From: an uncultured Lentisphaerales bacterium
GTDB taxonomy: Bacteria > Verrucomicrobiota > Lentisphaeria > JABSQK01 > UBA12247
DNA: 64,000 nt
Direction: 5' to 3'
Assembly: GCA_943788985.1 (NCBI GenBank)
Contig: CALSSJ010000031.1
Coordinates: forward strand, 32,001-96,000
Numbering within the stretch: position 1 is the stretch's first letter; each line of letters opens with the position of its first letter. Positions 31,500-42,300 of the stretch are shown here, piece by piece. Both the position numbers and the translations under genes were made by a program. Below the pieces are notes generated by a model. That model was not told the origin of the DNA. It saw nothing but the letters and a program-made list of their open reading frames with translations, and did not search any database.

Positions 31500-31925
31500 T
31501 TACTCGTTCAACCGCCGCAGATTCTCCTGCGCGATCGCCTCGAACTGCACATAAAGCCGCGCCACGTTAAACTTCTTCGGAAACTCGTACGTCTTCGAGA
31601 CCACCATGATCTCGTTCGAACGCCGATACGGCGATTTGATATACGAGATCGTGAGCTCACAATCATCAAGGCCGAAGCCTGCGGTCTCGCAGCTGACTTC
31701 ACAGATTGAGTCTAGGTGAATCGATCTCACCCGCCACTTCTTCCCTGTCGCCCCCTCCTTATCAAAACTGATGATCCGGAGATCAGTGATCACCAGCGTA
31801 TCGCGCACCAGCTTGAACCCCGTCTGAATCGATTCTCCTGCGATCAGGTACGCCGCGTACTTCTGGGCCAGTTCGTCGCCCGTGACCTCCTGCAAGTTCC
31901 CCAACATGCCTTGAAACAAGCCCAT
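31500..31925 (-). CDS. Bacterial PH-domain protein
   Basis: MGLFQGMLGN...GFKLVRDTLVITDLRII.FDKEGATGKK...ETAG. Confidence 0.85.
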   Translation of the reverse strand: MGLFQGMLGNLQEVTGDELAQKYAAYLIAGESIQTGFKLVRDTLVITDLRIISFDKEGATGKKWRVRSIHLDSICEVSCETAGFGLDDCELTISYIKSPYRRSNEIMVVSKTYEFPKKFNVARLYVQFEAIAQENLRRLNE

Positions 31926-31936
31926 TTTGATGCCTC

Positions 31937-33889
31937 CTACTCGGTGATGTGGGTTGGCTGGCCGGTCTTGATCGCATCCAGCACTTGGTAACACCGTAGC
32001 GTGCTCTCCGGAGTGACAATCAGCGGCTCGTCGTGCCGGATAGCCTTGTAAAGATTGTCGTAGAAGCTGTCGTACTGCTTCTGCGGCTTCACCGGGCGCA
32101 GCAGCGTCTGCCACGGTAGCCCAGAGCCATCGAAGCCAGTCACCCCTTCGCGACGGTCGGTCGCCCACGGCTGATCGATCGCAGAGATCTCCTGACACTG
32201 ATCCGCGGAAAAATAGCGCGCGTGCAGTTCCTTGCCCTGGACCCAGATGGTCCCGCGTGTGCCCAGCACCACCCACGACGGCTGTACCGACGCATCGGCA
32301 GAACTCATGACGATATCCAACAACTTACCGTCTGTGCAGCGAGCCATCGCCTTGATGTCATCCTCGACATTCCCCGGGTTCACAATCTGAGAGATCTGCC
32401 CCCAGACAAAATCCACTGGCGCACTCAGAAACTCCAGCCCCTGATCCACCGGATGCAGACCCCAGTTTCCGGTCACTCCGCCGCCGTACTTATCCAACGT
32501 CTGCCAATCATTGCGGCGGTTGAAATCACCTGCCCGACGACGAATCCGAAACACATCGCCGACCAAGCCAGAATCCACCAACTCACGCACGCACAGAAAC
32601 TCCGGATCCAGCCGGTCGTTATGATGAAAAGTCAGCACCTGCCCCGACTTGCGAGCGGCAATCATGGCTTTGACCCCAGATGCTGCCAACGCCGCTGGCT
32701 CCTCACATAGCACATGCTTTCCCGCAGCCAGAGCGGCAATCGTCATCGCCTCGTGTCGATGCGACGGTGTACACACGAACACCAGCTCGACATTTGGGTC
32801 GGCAAGCATACTCGGGTAGTCCTCGTAATTGCGGCACTCCGGCACTGCCTGGCAGGCCTCCTCGCGCCGCTCCGGAAGCATGTCATAGACTGCCGCTAGC
32901 GCCAACCCTGCATGCTCCCGAATCGCAGCAACATGATGGCTCCAGCCCATTCGCCCCAGCCCCACCACGCCGCAACGTATGGGGGCCTCCACGTCTGTCG
33001 CGCTGACCTGCACTGCCTCATCGGCCTCCGCCGTTGCAGACTCCGCAACGGCCACAGACACTGCCCGAAGAAAGCGGATATTGTCCTCAAGCCGAGCTGC
33101 TTCTGACGCACTCGTCGAAAAATCTTCGACCGTCACCCAGCCATCATAGCCAATCCCCCGCAATGCCCTAAAAAGGTCGCTAAAATCCACCTGTCCCTGG
33201 CGCAGCGGAGCTGCATCCACTTGCCACGAAAAGAGCTGCTCGCCCTCCTGAATAGTGCGACTGGGAGCCGCACTCTTGGCGTGTACATGCGCCAGATACG
33301 GCCCCAGAATCCCGAGGCCACGATCGTACTCCTCAAACCCCTCGAAGACCATGTTTCCACAGTCGTGGATGACGCCGACATCCTCTGGCGCAAATGGCTC
33401 CACCATTGCCCGTGCCGCGCTTGCTGAGGCGATTAGCGTGTTGTGATGTATCTCTACCAGCAGCCTCACACCGTATGGCCGTGCCTGACGGATTGCGCGG
33501 CCTAATCTCGCTTGAATCGTCGCCCTCGCTTCCGGCACCGTCCCCAGGCCTCCCATCCCACACACTCGCAGCTGTGCCACCCCCATGATGCTGGCGATAT
33601 GAAGTGCCCGCTCAACAGCCTCTTCGTTCGCCACCTGCACATACGTCCCAAGCGAAGGCATCTCCAGCCCGGCCGCGCGTGTACCCGCTGCGATCTCCGC
33701 ATACTTCTCGTCCGCCCAATCATCCTGCAAAGTAGCCCGGTTCCCCTTCCAAAAGGACGGTGCAGATCCGTCATCCCGATCGCGAGTCACGCGCCATTCG
33801 AGCCCATCATAGCCGTAACCAGACACGTCTGCGATCACTTCGGACGGAAGGAGGCTGGGGCAGCTTACGGTAAAAAGGGCAAATTTCAT
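31937..33889 (-). CDS. Fusion of sugar-phosphate isomerase/epimerase (AP2 TIM barrel) and Gfo/Idh/MocA oxidoreductase
   Basis: N-half GYDGLEW, VEIHH, HDCGN, HVHAK and GYDGWVTVE. C-half GVVGLGRMG and AGKHVLCEEP. The ORF is uninterrupted. Confidence 0.85.
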   Translation of the reverse strand: MKFALFTVSCPSLLPSEVIADVSGYGYDGLEWRVTRDRDDGSAPSFWKGNRATLQDDWADEKYAEIAAGTRAAGLEMPSLGTYVQVANEEAVERALHIASIMGVAQLRVCGMGGLGTVPEARATIQARLGRAIRQARPYGVRLLVEIHHNTLIASASAARAMVEPFAPEDVGVIHDCGNMVFEGFEEYDRGLGILGPYLAHVHAKSAAPSRTIQEGEQLFSWQVDAAPLRQGQVDFSDLFRALRGIGYDGWVTVEDFSTSASEAARLEDNIRFLRAVSVAVAESATAEADEAVQVSATDVEAPIRCGVVGLGRMGWSHHVAAIREHAGLALAAVYDMLPERREEACQAVPECRNYEDYPSMLADPNVELVFVCTPSHRHEAMTIAALAAGKHVLCEEPAALAASGVKAMIAARKSGQVLTFHHNDRLDPEFLCVRELVDSGLVGDVFRIRRRAGDFNRRNDWQTLDKYGGGVTGNWGLHPVDQGLEFLSAPVDFVWGQISQIVNPGNVEDDIKAMARCTDGKLLDIVMSSADASVQPSWVVLGTRGTIWVQGKELHARYFSADQCQEISAIDQPWATDRREGVTGFDGSGLPWQTLLRPVKPQKQYDSFYDNLYKAIRHDEPLIVTPESTLRCYQVLDAIKTGQPTHITE

Positions 33890-34038
33890 GATCGTATCAG
33901 ACAGGGCAGGCTCAGTTTCGGATGCAGAGCACCATACCCGCAAGCGCCGGACCGTCACCCGGCTATAGCGCGGATGTTGTTCGACCGCCCGCCGATGAAT
34001 AATATGGCGCACGACGCAATCACCACTCAGGATTTCAC

Positions 34039-34360
34039 ATGCCCGCGTTCCGGACTGCCACCGACGATTTCAAAAAGCTGCGCAACGCGGGTGGCTACTT
34101 CGCAGATAAGTCCCCGCTGATCCGGGCCGTTCTCGACAGCAGCGATGTCACCTTACTGGCCAGACCGCGCCGTTTCGGCAGAACCTTGAACATGACAATG
34201 ACGCGCTAACTCTTCGAGGCTATGAAGGAGAAACCGGGCGCTCTCTTTGACGGCCTTGCGACGACCGACGATGCCGATGCCATGAGGCATTTCGCATTTT
34301 GCGCAGTACCCCGTCATCTACCTTAGCCCCAAGGACATCAAAGGCGCCGACTGGGCGGGG
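34039..34360 (+). pseudogene. AAA-ATPase-like (PF09820-type) remnant
   Basis: DDFKKLRNAGGYFADKS...LARPRRFGRTLNM, an in-frame TAA, then QYPVIYLS in another frame. Confidence 0.75.
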
Positions 34361-34541
34361 GAGTCACCCCAGTCGAGCTCGAACTACCGCCAGCCCCCGC
34401 GCCCTCGCTCGCCCCCATGCGCGACAAGCCCAAGCTACACGGCATGGCACACCTTGTGCAAACGCTCCTGGCAGCCGTCAACTTCCCAATTCGCCTGTCT
34501 CAGCCTGAAAAACTCCCGATCGGCAGCTCCAGCATTCCCAG

Positions 34542-35180
34542 TTACCAGCTAGCCGGACGCGTCGGCGATGCGTACACCACCCGTAGCCCCACGAAGCGCC
34601 GCGCCTCCTGCTGCCACTTCAGGGCCTTGCCCAAGGGCTCCGGCCCCAGAAAGCCCTCCAGCGTGCACTGCATCTGCACAGCACCCCGCCGGTAGTGCCC
34701 CAATTCGGCCCCGCAGCCCGGTCGCAGCCTCAGCGTCCAGGGCGCATCCTCGCGCATTTCAGTAAACACAGGCACTCCAGCGTTCCAATGCGCGACGCCA
34801 GTCACCCGCAGATGTTGATAACCGAAATCAGCAAGGGTCAATTCAAGGTCATCGTCGCGGGCTCTCTCCGCCCCTTCCCGATATCCGGGCGCATCACTCC
34901 TACTCGCCACCTGTGATGCCTCTAGTGCGTCGCGATAGCCCCTAGCGTAGCCATCCAGCACCGCCATGCGCTGCCCTTCGGTTGGGGCCTCATACAACAC
35001 ATCCGCCGTCCGGAGTGCGTGGGGAAGTAGTTGTCGCACCACGGCCTCGCCATACACAATCTGGGCCGTCTGCAACCGCTTTTGAGCCAGGCTAAACTTC
35101 GTGGTTTGGCAACCACCCAGTAACAGACAAATCCCGGCGAACAACAACTGGCTCTGGGGAAAATTTTGCCAGGGCTTCAT
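34542..35180 (-). CDS. Hypothetical lipoprotein
   Basis: Lipobox-like LLLGGC in a 212-aa ORF downstream of the tRNA. Confidence 0.6.
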   Translation of the reverse strand: MKPWQNFPQSQLLFAGICLLLGGCQTTKFSLAQKRLQTAQIVYGEAVVRQLLPHALRTADVLYEAPTEGQRMAVLDGYARGYRDALEASQVASRSDAPGYREGAERARDDDLELTLADFGYQHLRVTGVAHWNAGVPVFTEMREDAPWTLRLRPGCGAELGHYRRGAVQMQCTLEGFLGPEPLGKALKWQQEARRFVGLRVVYASPTRPASW

Positions 35181-35240
35181 CGTATTCTCTCGCTAATGAT
35201 GACCTTAGGTCCAAGCCTTGGCGGCGGCGCGCTGAGGGAA

Positions 35241-35324
35241 TGGTGGTGGGGGAAGGATTCGAACCTTCGAAGCTTACGCAGCAGATTTACAGTCTGCCCC
35301 CTTTGACCACTCGGGAACCCCACC
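35241..35324 (-). tRNA. tRNA-Tyr (GTA)
   Basis: GGTGGGGTTCCCGAGTGGTCAAAGGGGGCAGACTGTAAATCTGC...GGTTCGAATCCTTCCCCCACCACCA, with long variable arm and encoded CCA. Confidence 0.97.
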
Positions 35325-35495
35325 ACTCGGGCTTGTTCAAACCGGCTGGATTGAACTCGCTACAGCGAGAGCCCCAGAATTTAGTCGCGAGTCTGATCCT
35401 TGCAAACTGATTCCGCAATTCCTTTGTTCTTTCGTCTCACGCGCACCCCGCCATAGTGCGCGCTGCCCTTGCCCTCCGACACTGTGATTGACCCT

Positions 35496-37313
35496 ATGCT
35501 TGAGATTGCCAATCTTCACAAACGCTACGGCCCGCGCGTCGTCTTCGAAAAAGCTGCTGCCTTTATGTCCCCGAATGTCCGCATCGGCCTTGTCGGCCCC
35601 AACGGCTGCGGAAAAACCACCTTGCTGCGCATGGTCGCTGGCGAGGAGGACTGGGAAGGCGGCGATATCCGCCTCAAGAAGGGCTGTAAGATCGGCTACC
35701 TGCCCCAGGATCTCGCAGAACTTCCCGGCGCCACCATTAGCGAATCCGTACATCGCGGTGAGTATCCGGAGTACGTGGCCGAGCGCCTGCTTTCCGGCCT
35801 CGGCTTCGCCTCCGACGAATACAAGCAGCCGCCAGATAGCTTCTCCGGCGGCTTCCGTATGCGCGTGGCCCTCGCGCACTTGTTGATTGCCGAGCCCGAC
35901 ATCCTGCTCATGGACGAGCCCACCAACCATCTCGACAGGGCTAGCTGCCGCTGGCTTGAGCAGTTTCTGCGAGATACCTCGACAGCCGTCCTAATGGTCA
36001 GCCATGACACCGAGTTTCTGGACCGCACCGTCACCCACATCTGGGAAGTCTACCAGACCACCCTGCGGCCCTACACAGGAAACTATTCCCGGTTTATCAG
36101 ACAGCGCGAGGCCCGCCAAGCTCAGCTGGAATCGGCCGCCAAGTCCCAGCAGCGCAAGGTCGACAAGCTCGAGCGTTTTGTCGATCGCTTTCGCTCCAAG
36201 GCATCCAAGGCCAGTCAGGTCCAGTCCCGCATCAAAGAGCTGGACAAGGTCAAGACGATCGAGCTCGAACGCAAGACCCGCGGCTTTCAGTTCACCTTTC
36301 CTAAGCCGCCCGCAAGCGGACATTCCGTACTCAAGCTTGATCACATCGCCAAGCGCTACGAAGAAAACATCGTCTACCGCGACTTTAATCTCGAGATCGA
36401 ACGCGGCGAGCGTGTCGCGCTCGTCGGCGAGAACGGTGCTGGCAAGACCACCCTGCTCAAAATCCTCGCGGGCGTGCTCGATTTCGAGAAAGGCACCCGG
36501 ACCGTCGGCCACAACGCAACCTTGCACTACTTTGCCCAGCACCAGAGCGAGGCGCTCAATCTCGATCACAACATCATCGACTCGCTACACGAAGTTGCCG
36601 AACTTGCGGAGACTGCAGACACCCAATATCTGCGAAACGTAGCCGGTGCCTTTTTGTTCTCCGGCGAGGACCAGTTCAAGCGCATCTCCGTCCTCAGCGG
36701 CGGTGAGAAGGCCCGTGTCGCCCTCGCGCGAATGCTGATCCGGCCCACCAACACGCTGCTGCTGGACGAACCCACCAACCATCTCGACCCGCGAGCCGTA
36801 GACGTCATCACCGATGCCCTCAGCGACTTCCCAGGTACCATCGTCTTCATCTCACATGATCCCACCTTTCTGATGCGCATGGCCACTCGAGTCGTGCACA
36901 TCGAGCAGGGCGTGCCCACGCTCTACCCTGGCGGCTATGAGTACTACCTCTGGAAGCGCCGTGACCTGCTCGCCGAAGACGCAGAGATCGCAAGCGCTCC
37001 AGCCCCAAAGGCCAAGAAAGCCCCTGCTAAGCCTTCTGAGGGGGCCCGCCGCTATGAGACTGCGAAAGCCCTCAAGTCCGCCAAGCGCAAGCTAGATCGC
37101 CTTGAGAAGGCAGTCGCTGAGCTCGAGATCAGCTGCGCAGAACAGGAAACAGAGTTGGCCAGTGAAGGGGCCTACGAGGATTACGAGCTGTGGGCCAAAT
37201 TAGAAGCCACCCACCGCGAAGCACGTGCCAGGCTGGACCGGAACCTGGCTGATTGGCAGGCCCAAGCAGAAGAAGTCGAACGCCTCGACCAAGTGATGGC
37301 CAGCTTTGAATAG
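35496..37313 (+). CDS. ABC-F family ATPase
   Basis: Two ABC domains (GPNGCGKT, FSGG, DEPTNHLD; GENGAGKT, LSGGE), no TM segments, C-terminal coiled coil. Confidence 0.95.
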   Translation: MLEIANLHKRYGPRVVFEKAAAFMSPNVRIGLVGPNGCGKTTLLRMVAGEEDWEGGDIRLKKGCKIGYLPQDLAELPGATISESVHRGEYPEYVAERLLSGLGFASDEYKQPPDSFSGGFRMRVALAHLLIAEPDILLMDEPTNHLDRASCRWLEQFLRDTSTAVLMVSHDTEFLDRTVTHIWEVYQTTLRPYTGNYSRFIRQREARQAQLESAAKSQQRKVDKLERFVDRFRSKASKASQVQSRIKELDKVKTIELERKTRGFQFTFPKPPASGHSVLKLDHIAKRYEENIVYRDFNLEIERGERVALVGENGAGKTTLLKILAGVLDFEKGTRTVGHNATLHYFAQHQSEALNLDHNIIDSLHEVAELAETADTQYLRNVAGAFLFSGEDQFKRISVLSGGEKARVALARMLIRPTNTLLLDEPTNHLDPRAVDVITDALSDFPGTIVFISHDPTFLMRMATRVVHIEQGVPTLYPGGYEYYLWKRRDLLAEDAEIASAPAPKAKKAPAKPSEGARRYETAKALKSAKRKLDRLEKAVAELEISCAEQETELASEGAYEDYELWAKLEATHREARARLDRNLADWQAQAEEVERLDQVMASFE

Positions 37314-38385
37314 CACGACCATCGCCAAACTCGTCGAGACCTACAAGCTGCCGAAGTTTCGCGGCGCACAGCTGCGCAAAGCCTTCTTCGAGCAGCAAGT
37401 GACCAAATTTCAGGACGTGTCCACGCTCAGCCTGCCGATGCGCCAGACCCTTGCTGCGGAGCAGCGCGTTCTGTCCTTTGACACTGAGGCCGTGTTCAAA
37501 GCCTCGGACGGGCGGGCTTACAAGGCCCTCCTGCTTCTACCCGACGGCAACCGCATCGAAACTGTCCTGCTCAATCCCAAGCCTGGTCTTTGGTCCTGCT
37601 GCATCAGCAGTCAGGTCGGTTGCGGCCTCGCCTGCACCTTCTGTGCCACTGGCAAGCTTGGCCTCTCCCGCAACCTGACCGCAGAAGAAATCTCAGACCA
37701 GGTCCTATTCTGGCGGCAATACATTTGCCAACAGCGCCTGGACGCTAGGCTTTCCAACGTCGTTTACATGGGCATGGGTGAGCCTATGCAGAACCGCCGC
37801 GAAGTCTTCGCCAGCCTGACCGAGCTCATGAATCCCGACACATTCGGCATCGGGGCTCGCCACCTCTCAGTCTCTACCGTCGGCCTCGTCAAGCCCATGA
37901 AGGAGTTCACCGATCAGTTTCCGCAGGTCAATCTTGCCCTCTCGCTACACGCAGCAAACGACACCCTGCGCGAACGCCTGATGCCCGTCAATAAATCGCA
38001 GCCACTAGCCGCACTTCGCGAAGCCCTGCAATACCACGCAGATGAGACCAATCGCAAGATTTTCCTTGAGTACATCCTGCTCAGCGGCGAGAATGACAGC
38101 GCCGAGCACGCGGAAGAGCTCGTCCGCTACGTGCGTTCAGTCGACCGCCCTGCCCTGCTCCACACCAATCTCATAGTCTACAATCCCACGGATAGCGACC
38201 ACCAAGCCAGCGCCCGCGAGCGTGCCCGGGCCTTTCGAGACCAGCTGGAAGCAGCGGGGCTCTCCGTCACCATTCGCCGTAACCTCGGCCGTGATATCGA
38301 CGCCGCTTGCGGCCAGCTCGCGCTTAAAGCAGGCGAAACGCCCGGCTACTCCCCCTCGGCTGAAAGCAGCCCAGCTTCCTTGTAG
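37306..38385 (+). CDS. rlmN: 23S rRNA A2503/tRNA A37 C2-methyltransferase
   Basis: CISSQVGCGLACTFCATG, MGMGEP, SLHA and DIDAACGQL. Confidence 0.95.
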   Translation: MNSTTIAKLVETYKLPKFRGAQLRKAFFEQQVTKFQDVSTLSLPMRQTLAAEQRVLSFDTEAVFKASDGRAYKALLLLPDGNRIETVLLNPKPGLWSCCISSQVGCGLACTFCATGKLGLSRNLTAEEISDQVLFWRQYICQQRLDARLSNVVYMGMGEPMQNRREVFASLTELMNPDTFGIGARHLSVSTVGLVKPMKEFTDQFPQVNLALSLHAANDTLRERLMPVNKSQPLAALREALQYHADETNRKIFLEYILLSGENDSAEHAEELVRYVRSVDRPALLHTNLIVYNPTDSDHQASARERARAFRDQLEAAGLSVTIRRNLGRDIDAACGQLALKAGETPGYSPSAESSPASL

Positions 38386-39332
38386 TAGCGAATCGCGCCC
38401 GGATGCAAAGGCGCGGACAATCCCTTGAGCATGCTCTCTTTGGTCAGGAGCTCGAATGCTGGATGCATCGCCCGAAACTTATCGAGATTGTCGAACACTT
38501 CCTTCGTGATTGCGTACACGATATCATCCGGTACATTCGTGGAAGACATCATCGTGGCCTTCACACCGAATGTAGGCGTATCTGCCTGGTTTGTGGCATT
38601 CGGATAAAGTTTTGCTGGAATCTTGTCGGTCACGTAGTACGGATTGGCCGCTACCAAATCTGCCGTCTCAGTGATCGGCACAAAATGCACCGTCCGCTTA
38701 CCCGCCGTTGCCTCCTTGAGTGCCCCATTCGGGTGCCCAACCGTATAAAAGAACGCGTCGATGCGATCATCCTTTAACATCCCGGGCGCATCCGCGGCCT
38801 TTTCATTGCTCGCCTGAATGTCCGCCTCAACATCCAAACCGGCCACCTTTAGAGCATCCATCGCGTTCAGTCGTTGTCCCGAGCCAGGATTGCCAATGTT
38901 CACACGTTTTCCCTTCAGATCTGCCAGGGTTGCGATGTTCGCAGAATCTGCGGCCACCAGCGTCACCAACTCCGGATGCACTGAGAACACCGCGCAAAGC
39001 AACTCCTGTCTCCCCTTTTCCTCCCAGGCCCCCTTCCCTTCGCAGGCCTGGTACTGGATATCAGACTGCACCATTCCGAAGTCTATATCGCCGCTGAGCA
39101 GCTGATTAATATTTGCCACCGAGCCTCCTGTAGACGATGAGGTGCACTTCAGCCCGTACAGGGCCTCCTTCTTGTTTACCAGCTCAGAGACACGGCTGCC
39201 GACCTGATAATACACACCGGTAAGGCCGCCGGTTCCGATCGTGACGTGGGTCTGCTTTAAGCCGTCGCCGCTGCCGCAGCTAGTCAGCCAGAGAGCGAGC
39301 GATCCGAGAAGAATTGATTTGAAAACGTTCAT
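38346..39332 (-). CDS. TAXI-family TRAP transporter solute-binding lipoprotein
   Basis: Lipobox LTSC, IGTGGLTGVYY, STGGSVAN, GNPGSG and PLHPGAIRYYKE. Confidence 0.93.
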   Translation of the reverse strand: MNVFKSILLGSLALWLTSCGSGDGLKQTHVTIGTGGLTGVYYQVGSRVSELVNKKEALYGLKCTSSSTGGSVANINQLLSGDIDFGMVQSDIQYQACEGKGAWEEKGRQELLCAVFSVHPELVTLVAADSANIATLADLKGKRVNIGNPGSGQRLNAMDALKVAGLDVEADIQASNEKAADAPGMLKDDRIDAFFYTVGHPNGALKEATAGKRTVHFVPITETADLVAANPYYVTDKIPAKLYPNATNQADTPTFGVKATMMSSTNVPDDIVYAITKEVFDNLDKFRAMHPAFELLTKESMLKGLSAPLHPGAIRYYKEAGLLSAEGE

Positions 39333-39391
39333 TGCGAGGTCCTGTCCAGTTGGTGATGCAGGCCTCAAGCATAGCAAGGCGATCGCCTGTG

Positions 39392-42300
39392 TCAAAACGA
39401 TGTCGTCTGTGCGTGCTCACGACACGCCTGCGCCTTACGGTTCTGGCCCATGGCATCGTAGTGCTCAGCAGCCTCCAGATACGCGCCACGCGCCTCCAAA
39501 TGCCGCGCCGCACAGGTGTGGTGCTTATTCATCCGCTTCGCTTCCAGCCAGTGTTCTGCGGCCAGCTCCCAATTTTGGCCATCCTCCGCGGCCAGCGCGC
39601 GAATCCGCGCCACTTCCTTCTCTGGCCCTATCTCGAGCTGGCACCGCTCCGCGGCCTCAAATTGCTTTGCCCAACAATGAAACTTCGCCGCGTCCCGCAT
39701 CCGCTCGCGCTCTTCGCAAAATGCGGCGGCCAACAGCTTGGTGCGCGACTCCGACTCATTGCTGACCAACTTTAAGAGTTCATCCCTCCCTGCTCGCATC
39801 CCTTCCCGAATCACGAACTCGTTCACCTCCGGTGTATCACCTGACTGCGAGGTCCGGACTAGGCAGTTGCATGCAATCTCGTATAACTCCGCATCCTCCA
39901 GCGCCCACGCAGCCTTCAGAAACTCGCCCTTGGCGCGAAGCGCCATCCCCTCCCGCATGGCCACGCCACGCTTGCAGGTCGCCACCGCCAAGCATTCCTG
40001 CGACTCCTTTGTCCGGCGAAGCTCATGGAACACACAGGCCGCCTGGTAGTACTCCTGCCTGCTGCGACAGCCCTGCGCCCGACAAAGTTTCGCGCGATCG
40101 TCCTGCCCCGCGCCCGCCCAAATCTTCTCGGCTGCCTCCCAATCCCCCTTGCCGGTCGCCACTTCCGCCCGACACCGCGCGGCCTGCACGATCTCCCCCG
40201 CACGCTCGTAGTACTCCGCCGCCGGCAGTAACTCTCCACGACGCTCCAGCACCTTGGCCAGCTCCTCCGGCTTAGCACTCTCGGTGCCGTGAGAGAGCCT
40301 AAGATCGTCCGCCTCACGCCGCATCCCAGCACGCCGATAAAGGCCGATTGCCTGCTCGATCCGGTCCAACTTCCGACAGAGCTTTGCCGCCTGCTTCCAC
40401 ATCTTCCGCGACTCGAAGTATGCCAGTCGGCAACGCGTCGACTCCTCAGCCTGTCCCGCCTTCGTGTAGCAATCCGCCGCCTCTTTCATCCGACTATGCC
40501 GCTCAAAGGCTTGCGCTGCGCGCCCCCATTCTGCGGAGTTTGCAAACAGCTCCGCCGCCTGCAGATGCTTGCCAGCCTCTGCATAGCACTCGGCAGCCTC
40601 GAGCGCCATCGACAACTCCAGATACAGCTCCGCAGCTTTGCCAAAGGCATGAACCGAGGCGTAATGCCCCGCCAGCGACTCGCGTTCACGGACCGGCTTT
40701 CCGGCCCGCCGAAAGCACTCCGCAGCCTGGCGGAAACGCTGCCGAGCCAGGAAGTAGTCCCCCTCGCTCTCCCACTCCTCAGGCGATGCGGCAAAGACCA
40801 TAAACTTCGACAGCGCGGCCGCATTATCAGACTCCAACTGACCACGAAACGGCGCCGTCTCCCACAGCGCCCTCGCTTCTGCCGTGCTCTCAAAGATTCC
40901 CAAATAGCGCCGTGCTCGCGTAACTGCCACATACGTGTGATGAATGGCACGCCGGGCGACCGGGTCCTCACGCATGGGCTCATCAGACACCAGCAATCTC
41001 TCCCAAACCTCACGGTCCCCACCAAGCGGGTTCCACAACACGCAGGCATCAAACTCCAGCCCCTTACAACTTTGCACATCGAATACACGTTCGCTGCCCA
41101 GAAGTTTCGCCAACCGGTCGCGCGCTTCTGATTCCAGCACCACTACTGCGCAGCGCGGGCCAAAGTCATTGATCTTTGCCGCGACCTCCTCCTCCGTGCC
41201 ATGCACAATCACCGGCGTCGGGCCGTGTAGCGTCGTCGACTGTAAGCCGTCGTCATCGCTGCGCCCGGTCCGCTCCCGCTGGATTGTCAGCAACGCGTTC
41301 GCCAGGCTCACAATGCTGTGCACACTCCGGAAGTTGCGGGTGAGCGAATAAATATCTGGCGCACCAGTATGGCGATCCTGGCTACGAATCAGCGTTCGCA
41401 GCTCCGCCCAGCGAAAACCACTGGGGTTCACGATCTGCTGCGGATCCGCCGCGAACAGCAGGCCATCCATGCGCCGCACCAAGCGCAGCAACAACAGCAA
41501 CTCTACTTCGGTCAGGTCCTGGCCCTCATCGCAGACCACGTGATCATACACATGCGCCGGCGCCAGCTGGCGAAGTGCAGCCCGCGCTGCATCCACGTCG
41601 TCGCTGCGATTCTGCGCTCTCAGCCAGCCCTGATACCGTTCATACACCTTGAACAGCCGCGGTCTCTCGGCCACAAACAACGGTGCCCGCTTGCGCCCCA
41701 GCCTCTCGTACGCCTCACGCGATAGTCCGACCTGCCCCGGCTCCGTACACGCGCCCTTCACAATCCCCCGAATCTCCTCCCAGGCCAATGCCGCATCTGA
41801 CAGCCGGTATGCCTGCCGATACCATTCCTCAAAGGCAGCCAGCCGAACTGACGGCAGCTCCCCGCCTGCGATCTCCGCATACAACTGTGGAAACGTGTAG
41901 AAATCAGGCACCCGCGGCGGCGTCTCCCGCCGTGACCTGAACAGATCATGAAACAACGAGCGCACAGTCTCGAGCAAAGGCTCGCTGTAGGTTACATACA
42001 GGATTCGACTCTGCGGCTGCTCCATAACCAGCCGCGCCAGCCGGTATACGCTTACCGTGGTCTTGCCGCTCCCAGCCGTGCCGCGCAGCAAAACCGGCCC
42101 TGCTAGGTACACGCTCTCCGCCTGCTCCCGTGACAGCTTCAGTTCCAAATCATTCACGGATGGGTCATCCAGCAACGCCTGCCACTCGGCCTCGTCTGCC
42201 ACGATCTCCGGCGTCAGTTCGTACCAACGAATCGACTCCACCATTGCCTCGGTCTCAGGCACATTTAGCGGATCATTTACGTACTCCAGCAGATCTGGCG

